Of a stretch of 64,000 nucleotides of DNA, positions 59,712-64,000 are shown piece after piece; positions within the stretch are counted from its first letter, which is position 1, and the number at the start of each line of letters is the position of its first letter. Source of the DNA: an uncultured Candidatus Saccharimonadales bacterium (GTDB taxonomy: Bacteria; Patescibacteriota; Saccharimonadia; UBA4664). Position numbers and translations under genes: made by a program. The DNA is taken from NCBI GenBank assembly GCA_964467655.1, contig CAYXSN010000009.1:85-64084 (forward strand). Reading direction: 5' to 3'. Below the pieces are notes generated by a model that saw nothing but the letters and a program-made list of their open reading frames with translations, was not told the DNA's origin and ran no database searches.

Positions 59712-59737
59712 ATGTCCCCAAATAATCAAATAACGTA

Positions 59738-59782
59738 AACGGCAGGTTGTGAGTGGCCCCAGGCCACTCACAACCTGCCGTT
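59738..59782. repeat. perfect 21-bp inverted repeat
   Basis: aacggcaggttgtgagtggcc-cca-ggccactcacaacctgccgtt. Confidence 0.85.
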
Positions 59783-60068
59783 GATCAGTTCACGCTCGGA
59801 GGACCGTCGTGCGAGCCCGCCCTGAGTGGGGAGCAGATCTGAGAGCACGTCAAGGTGCCGTCAGGTGCGATACCTGGTCAGATCATGCATGGCGCGGAAG
59901 CCAATTGCATGTAGAAAAGAGTATGACATAGTTGACATCAAGGCGCAAACCTTGCGGTACCGAAAGGCTAATACTAAGAAAACGCAACCATTTTCCGCTA
60001 AATCTGTTGACATCTGTAACAGCATAAGGATAATACAGATATAATTAATAATTAATCGGGAATATCAT

Positions 60069-60272
60069 ATGGCATATTCACAAACCAACTCTAAAGGTCA
60101 GACATACTACCTGCACCAGAAAGACGTTACTCTCAAGGGTGGCCGCCAGCAGCGCATCTACTTCTTCGCCCGCGACGTGCGCGATGGTGCTGTTGAAGCC
60201 CTGCCCACCGGTTACACTGCTGTCGAAAACGCCCGTACCGGTCTCCTGGTGCTCAAGAAGCTAGCCAAGTAA
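60069..60272 (+). CDS. small basic conserved hypothetical protein
   Basis: NSKGQTYYLH...L.GGR.Q.IYFF...LP.GY...EN.RTGL..LKK; TTGACA promoter upstream, terminator downstream. Confidence 0.8.
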   Translation: MAYSQTNSKGQTYYLHQKDVTLKGGRQQRIYFFARDVRDGAVEALPTGYTAVENARTGLLVLKKLAK

Positions 60273-60293
60273 CCAATTCAAACAGTTATCTAC

Positions 60294-60323
60294 AAACCGG
60301 CTCCGCCACAGGCGCCGGTTTTT
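60294..60323 (+). terminator. intrinsic terminator
   Basis: aaaccggc...gccggttttt. Confidence 0.7.
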
Positions 60324-60410
60324 AGTTATGCTCGCATATGAACAGGTAAATTAATACAATAGCCTCAGCTCCTTGAATAGATTGTTGGCCCCGATCCTGT
60401 GGAGGTAAAG

Positions 60411-61340
60411 GTGACTGTCGCTATAAGCGCGAAAGCCATGCCGTTCTTCGGTAACACGCTGCCCGCGTCCTATGGATTTGCCAAGCGCTTTGCCGGTAAA
60501 GGCGGCCGTGTAGCCACCTTGCCGGACATTATGAGCCTGCGCGCCGCTACCGGCGAAGATAAAATCGCTAGGGTTCCTTGGATCAACCCCTGGCAATCGT
60601 GGTTTGATACTACGTCTGCTGAATACATGGGTTTTACAGCTGGCGGTGTACCAATCATTATTGTGGCCCATGGTGTTGGACCATTGGCGACGGCAGCTGG
60701 CATCAAACGCATTTATCGCCGCCGCGAATCCAGTCTCGTTTATGGGCGATGCACCATTACCTGGGATGAGTTCCGTAAACTCGAAGCTGGAGTATACGGC
60801 GATGTTAGCATTGTACCCCTCCAAGAGGTCATGGGCTGTTACGAAGTCCCATTCTACGAGGCTTCAACATTAGACCAAGCCGCCGCCGACCCTTTGCTAC
60901 AAGCCCGCCTCGGGCCTGCCTGGCGACAGGTGATGGTTGAGCTAGACAAGGTGACTCGTAACCGAGACCTACGGTATACTGGCGGCCAGCCAAAGCTCGT
61001 AGCCAACCTAGGTAATCTCTATGAGCTTCATATGCCGGACGACCCACCCCAAGCCCATCTCTTGACGGTCGGCCGGACGGTGGTGGCACATCGGGGAAAC
61101 GATAACGGCGGTACATCAATCAGCTTTGACGTCGATCTCGTCGACAGGGTACGTGATAACCGTTTCATCGGGGTCAAGCCTGGTTGGGATGGCCGGAGTT
61201 TGCATGGAGGCCCATATCTGCTCAACGATCCAACTGCCCTGCGGCTGATTATCAGTTCCGGGCGCCCAGAGCTTTTGGACACGGACTACATCATCATGAT
61301 GGACGTGCTCGGTCAGCTGGAAGTCTACCAGCGGCGTTGA
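60411..61340 (+). CDS. hypothetical protein
   Basis: GGAGG plus GTG start; long ORF; followed by a 14-bp perfect hairpin at 61349-61380. Confidence 0.7.
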   Translation: MTVAISAKAMPFFGNTLPASYGFAKRFAGKGGRVATLPDIMSLRAATGEDKIARVPWINPWQSWFDTTSAEYMGFTAGGVPIIIVAHGVGPLATAAGIKRIYRRRESSLVYGRCTITWDEFRKLEAGVYGDVSIVPLQEVMGCYEVPFYEASTLDQAAADPLLQARLGPAWRQVMVELDKVTRNRDLRYTGGQPKLVANLGNLYELHMPDDPPQAHLLTVGRTVVAHRGNDNGGTSISFDVDLVDRVRDNRFIGVKPGWDGRSLHGGPYLLNDPTALRLIISSGRPELLDTDYIIMMDVLGQLEVYQRR

Positions 61341-61455
61341 GCGTTGCCTTGTCGGCCCCAGATAACTCTGGGGCCGACAACTGTATTCTCAAGGCAACAA
61401 TCTTAGCAAAGGTGCTACAATAAACCAGATACTTACCAAAGGGGAACGTACCGTT

Positions 61456-62166
61456 ATGTCGAGTGAAGCTAAAACCATGGGAATTATCCTTACACTGGTG
61501 GTCGGTGGCCTGATTGGCCTGTTTGTGCTGACGAACCGCGCCGAGCCCAAGCCCGTAGGTGACAAATCGAAACTGACTCGCGAGAATACGCCGTCACATG
61601 GCAGTGGTCCGGTTCAGGTCGTCGAGTTTGGCGATTACCAATGCCCGGCCTGTGGGACAGCCTACCCTGACATCAAACAAATTGAAGCCGACTTTGCCGG
61701 CAAGATCACCTTTTACTTCCGTCACTTTCCTCTCACCCAGCACGCCAATGCTCAAGCGGCTTCACAGGCTGCCGAAGCTGCCCGCGACCAAGGTAAGTTT
61801 TGGGAAATGCACGACAAATTGTACTTGAGTCAAAAAGACTGGGAAAACCTGTCGAGCCCTCTCGATGTGTTTGCCAACTACGCCGGTGAGCTCGGGCTTG
61901 ATGTCGAAAAGTTTAAGAAAGCCGTCACCGACAAGCAGTTCCAGACCATTATCGACCAAGATACTGCTGACGGTACCGCCCTAGGTGTTGCCGGTACGCC
62001 TACCATTTACATCAACGGTGTGGCCAGCAAGGGCTTTAGTTACGCCGACCTGCGCGATGCCATCAACAATGCCCTGGAGACCAGTGGCGCCAGCGTCACG
62101 CCAGCCACCTCACCAACACCCACCGCTGCTCCGGAAGGATCCGCTACACCCGCTCCTGCGCAGTAG
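61456..62166 (+). CDS. DsbA-family thioredoxin protein
   Basis: EFGDYQCPAC, FRHFPL..H, GKFWEMHD, GTPT. Confidence 0.93.
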   Translation: MSSEAKTMGIILTLVVGGLIGLFVLTNRAEPKPVGDKSKLTRENTPSHGSGPVQVVEFGDYQCPACGTAYPDIKQIEADFAGKITFYFRHFPLTQHANAQAASQAAEAARDQGKFWEMHDKLYLSQKDWENLSSPLDVFANYAGELGLDVEKFKKAVTDKQFQTIIDQDTADGTALGVAGTPTIYINGVASKGFSYADLRDAINNALETSGASVTPATSPTPTAAPEGSATPAPAQ

Positions 62167-62168
62167 TA

Positions 62169-62783
62169 CTAAACTTCGATCGAGCCGCGGACAGTACCGC
62201 CGAGCTTTGACGACAACTCATAATCCATACGAGTGTCATAAGACAACTGCACAAACAGCGTCTGGTTGAGTAAATCAGCATCGGCTCCTGGATCAAGCTC
62301 AGTGAATCGTGCCGCCAAACTGTGGCGGCCTACCTTCATGTTGCTGCGGATAAAACCGCTCGTCAGGTCGATGTGTGAGGGCTCCATCACATGTTGAGTA
62401 TACGTGTCAGGCCGCCTCGGTCGTTGCGGCAAAGTCTTGGTCAGATGCAAGTCGCCATCCTGGACATGTACGCGGGTCCTGATGTCAAAATCGCGCCGCT
62501 CACCCACATTGGCTACCACGATCCGAAATGGTATCAATCCCTCGGCCATGGCCCGGTCATACCGGTCAATCGTGTTTTTATAGGAAGCCAACTTGTGGCG
62601 GTAATGTTTGAGATCCTCAAGCTTAGGCAATCCGGTTGCACTCTCAGCCAGGCGTTTCCATAAGGTCGGCTGGCGGTAACCGGATATCAGTTTATCAATC
62701 CGCTCAGTCTCAGTCAGTACGAACAACCGTTCATCATCTGGATCTGGCCCGGCTGTAACGGCAATCACCTCAAAAGCTTTCAT
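62169..62783 (-). CDS. hypothetical protein
   Basis: ORF with an extended -10 (TGcTACCAT) 7 nt upstream of ATG 62783. Confidence 0.65.
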   Translation of the reverse strand: MKAFEVIAVTAGPDPDDERLFVLTETERIDKLISGYRQPTLWKRLAESATGLPKLEDLKHYRHKLASYKNTIDRYDRAMAEGLIPFRIVVANVGERRDFDIRTRVHVQDGDLHLTKTLPQRPRRPDTYTQHVMEPSHIDLTSGFIRSNMKVGRHSLAARFTELDPGADADLLNQTLFVQLSYDTRMDYELSSKLGGTVRGSIEV

Positions 62784-62864
62784 ACTTCTTATGGTAGCAC
62801 ATCTCATAAATCCACTGTATAATCCCAAACGTCCAAACCGCTCACGTCAGATCAGGGAGTGATC

Positions 62865-63095
62865 ATGCGCAAATTTTGGGACGCCCGCCCGCGGATCCGG
62901 CGGGTTATCCTCATAGTAGCCATATTGCAAGTTGTGGCCCTGGCCGTCAGAGGATTCGAATGGCACACAGGGATCCAGCTCATGGCATTGGCTGCCGCCG
63001 CCATAATTATAGGTTTGCACATGACGGCAATCGCCTACCCCACCGCCTTTGGTGACTTCATCGAGGGCACTACGGACGGTATGTCTGACGACTAG
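62865..63095 (+). CDS. small 2-TM protein
   Basis: GGGAG upstream; two TMs; followed by a hairpin. Confidence 0.55.
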   Translation: MRKFWDARPRIRRVILIVAILQVVALAVRGFEWHTGIQLMALAAAAIIIGLHMTAIAYPTAFGDFIEGTTDGMSDD

Positions 63096-63105
63096 CCTCA
63101 TCGTT

Positions 63106-63198
63106 CCCCGCCAGCCTCACGAGAGGTTGGCGGGGCTCAATTTATCAACGAAAAGTGCCCCACTGGCTCATGAGTCTAAACTCATGAGCCAGTGGGGC
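63106..63198. repeat. two long hairpins between convergent genes
   Basis: 13-bp stem at 63106-63135; perfect 19-bp stem at 63157-63198. Confidence 0.75.
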
Positions 63199-63218
63199 GT
63201 TATTGCATCTGAGGCAGC

Positions 63219-63539
63219 TTACTCGGGCATACGCCGCCCGACGATTGCCTCGATGGTAGCCCGTGCCTGGGCGATCGTGCGGTCGGCCGCCGCATCAATC
63301 ATCGCAAGTGTCTGGCCGGCCCAGCTGTAATCTTCTTCATCAGGGCCAAATTCCAATCCCATAAGATGTTTTGCGACGGTCTCTCGACCAGCTCGCCGCG
63401 AAACCTCGGCCGCTTCGGTGGCTGCACAGAAAGCTTGAATGGCAGCCAGAAGCACATCCTCTGATACCGGATGTGTCGAAGTACCGGAGCCTGGTTCACT
63501 TACCGGCGGCGGTGTACCCCAGTTAATCTGGTCAGACAT
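63219..63539 (-). CDS. hypothetical protein
   Basis: 106-aa ORF with AGGA upstream. Confidence 0.55.
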   Translation of the reverse strand: MSDQINWGTPPPVSEPGSGTSTHPVSEDVLLAAIQAFCAATEAAEVSRRAGRETVAKHLMGLEFGPDEEDYSWAGQTLAMIDAAADRTIAQARATIEAIVGRRMPE

Positions 63540-63552
63540 ATTTCCTGTCCTC

Positions 63553-63957
63553 TCAGGCTAGTCGCTCAGCTGGACTGTCAGACGGATCGCCCCACGAAGC
63601 TGCGATGCGGCCCGTAGTATCGACCGACAGTCCCACCATCATCACAGGCAGGAGCTCGATATCAATTTGCGGCCATGGTGCGCCACTGGTCACGACTGTT
63701 CGTCGCAGTTCCTGAAGTGCCTGACAAACGGCATCTCGGAGGTCTGCGGTCTGCTTGCGTAAAGCCTCAACTTCATAGTGAGATGATCCACCACCGACCA
63801 GGCCCAAGATTTGAACATCGCTGATGTTTTGGCCTCGTGGATGGGCCCAGGCAATATCAACCCGCACCTCGTCCGCGGTCAAGCCGGCATATACATCCAC
63901 CCGATCGAAGGCATCCGCCACGATTCCAGGGAGTGCTCGTACAATGATCAGCGTCAC
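63553..63957 (-). CDS. hypothetical protein
   Basis: 134-aa ORF co-oriented with the downstream ORF. Confidence 0.5.
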   Translation of the reverse strand: MTLIIVRALPGIVADAFDRVDVYAGLTADEVRVDIAWAHPRGQNISDVQILGLVGGGSSHYEVEALRKQTADLRDAVCQALQELRRTVVTSGAPWPQIDIELLPVMMVGLSVDTTGRIAASWGDPSDSPAERLA

Positions 63958-64000
63958 GGTTTGTTGCGGCGTCGATGCAACTGTGTCGTCCTCGGGCGGT

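Noticed and set aside
59783-59900. Possible ncRNA or small ORF after the 21-bp inverted repeat
   Set aside because: No recognisable RNA family or convincing ORF; insufficient evidence.

Overview
Bacterial genome fragment, mostly about 55% GC by eye with AT-richer inserts. Gene content and style suggest Patescibacteria/CPR, Saccharimonadia-like (inference). In order it holds: an AT-rich toxin/immunity-like edge with hicBA; a Gtr-like surface glycosylation locus; a two-subunit ATP-citrate lyase; GDP-mannose genes; VanW-family, lexA and pgeF; cohesin/dockerin surface proteins; a stress-gene cluster; tandem islets integrated at tRNA-Asn; a two-component system; malic enzyme; and a divergent F1-type ATPase cluster. 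Two candidate novel systems stand out. (1) The F1-like ATPase cluster has no subunit a in the window, and its only c-subunit-like hairpin (RNP loop) lacks the ion-binding carboxylate and is fused to an exported beta-rich domain. (2) A YerC/HisR-like repressor ends in a His-codon cluster overlapping an attenuator-like RNA structure, upstream of a GNAT-CntK-like racemase fusion and a D,D-dipeptidase. Many genes appear leaderless. All calls are from motif recognition by eye; no database searches were run.
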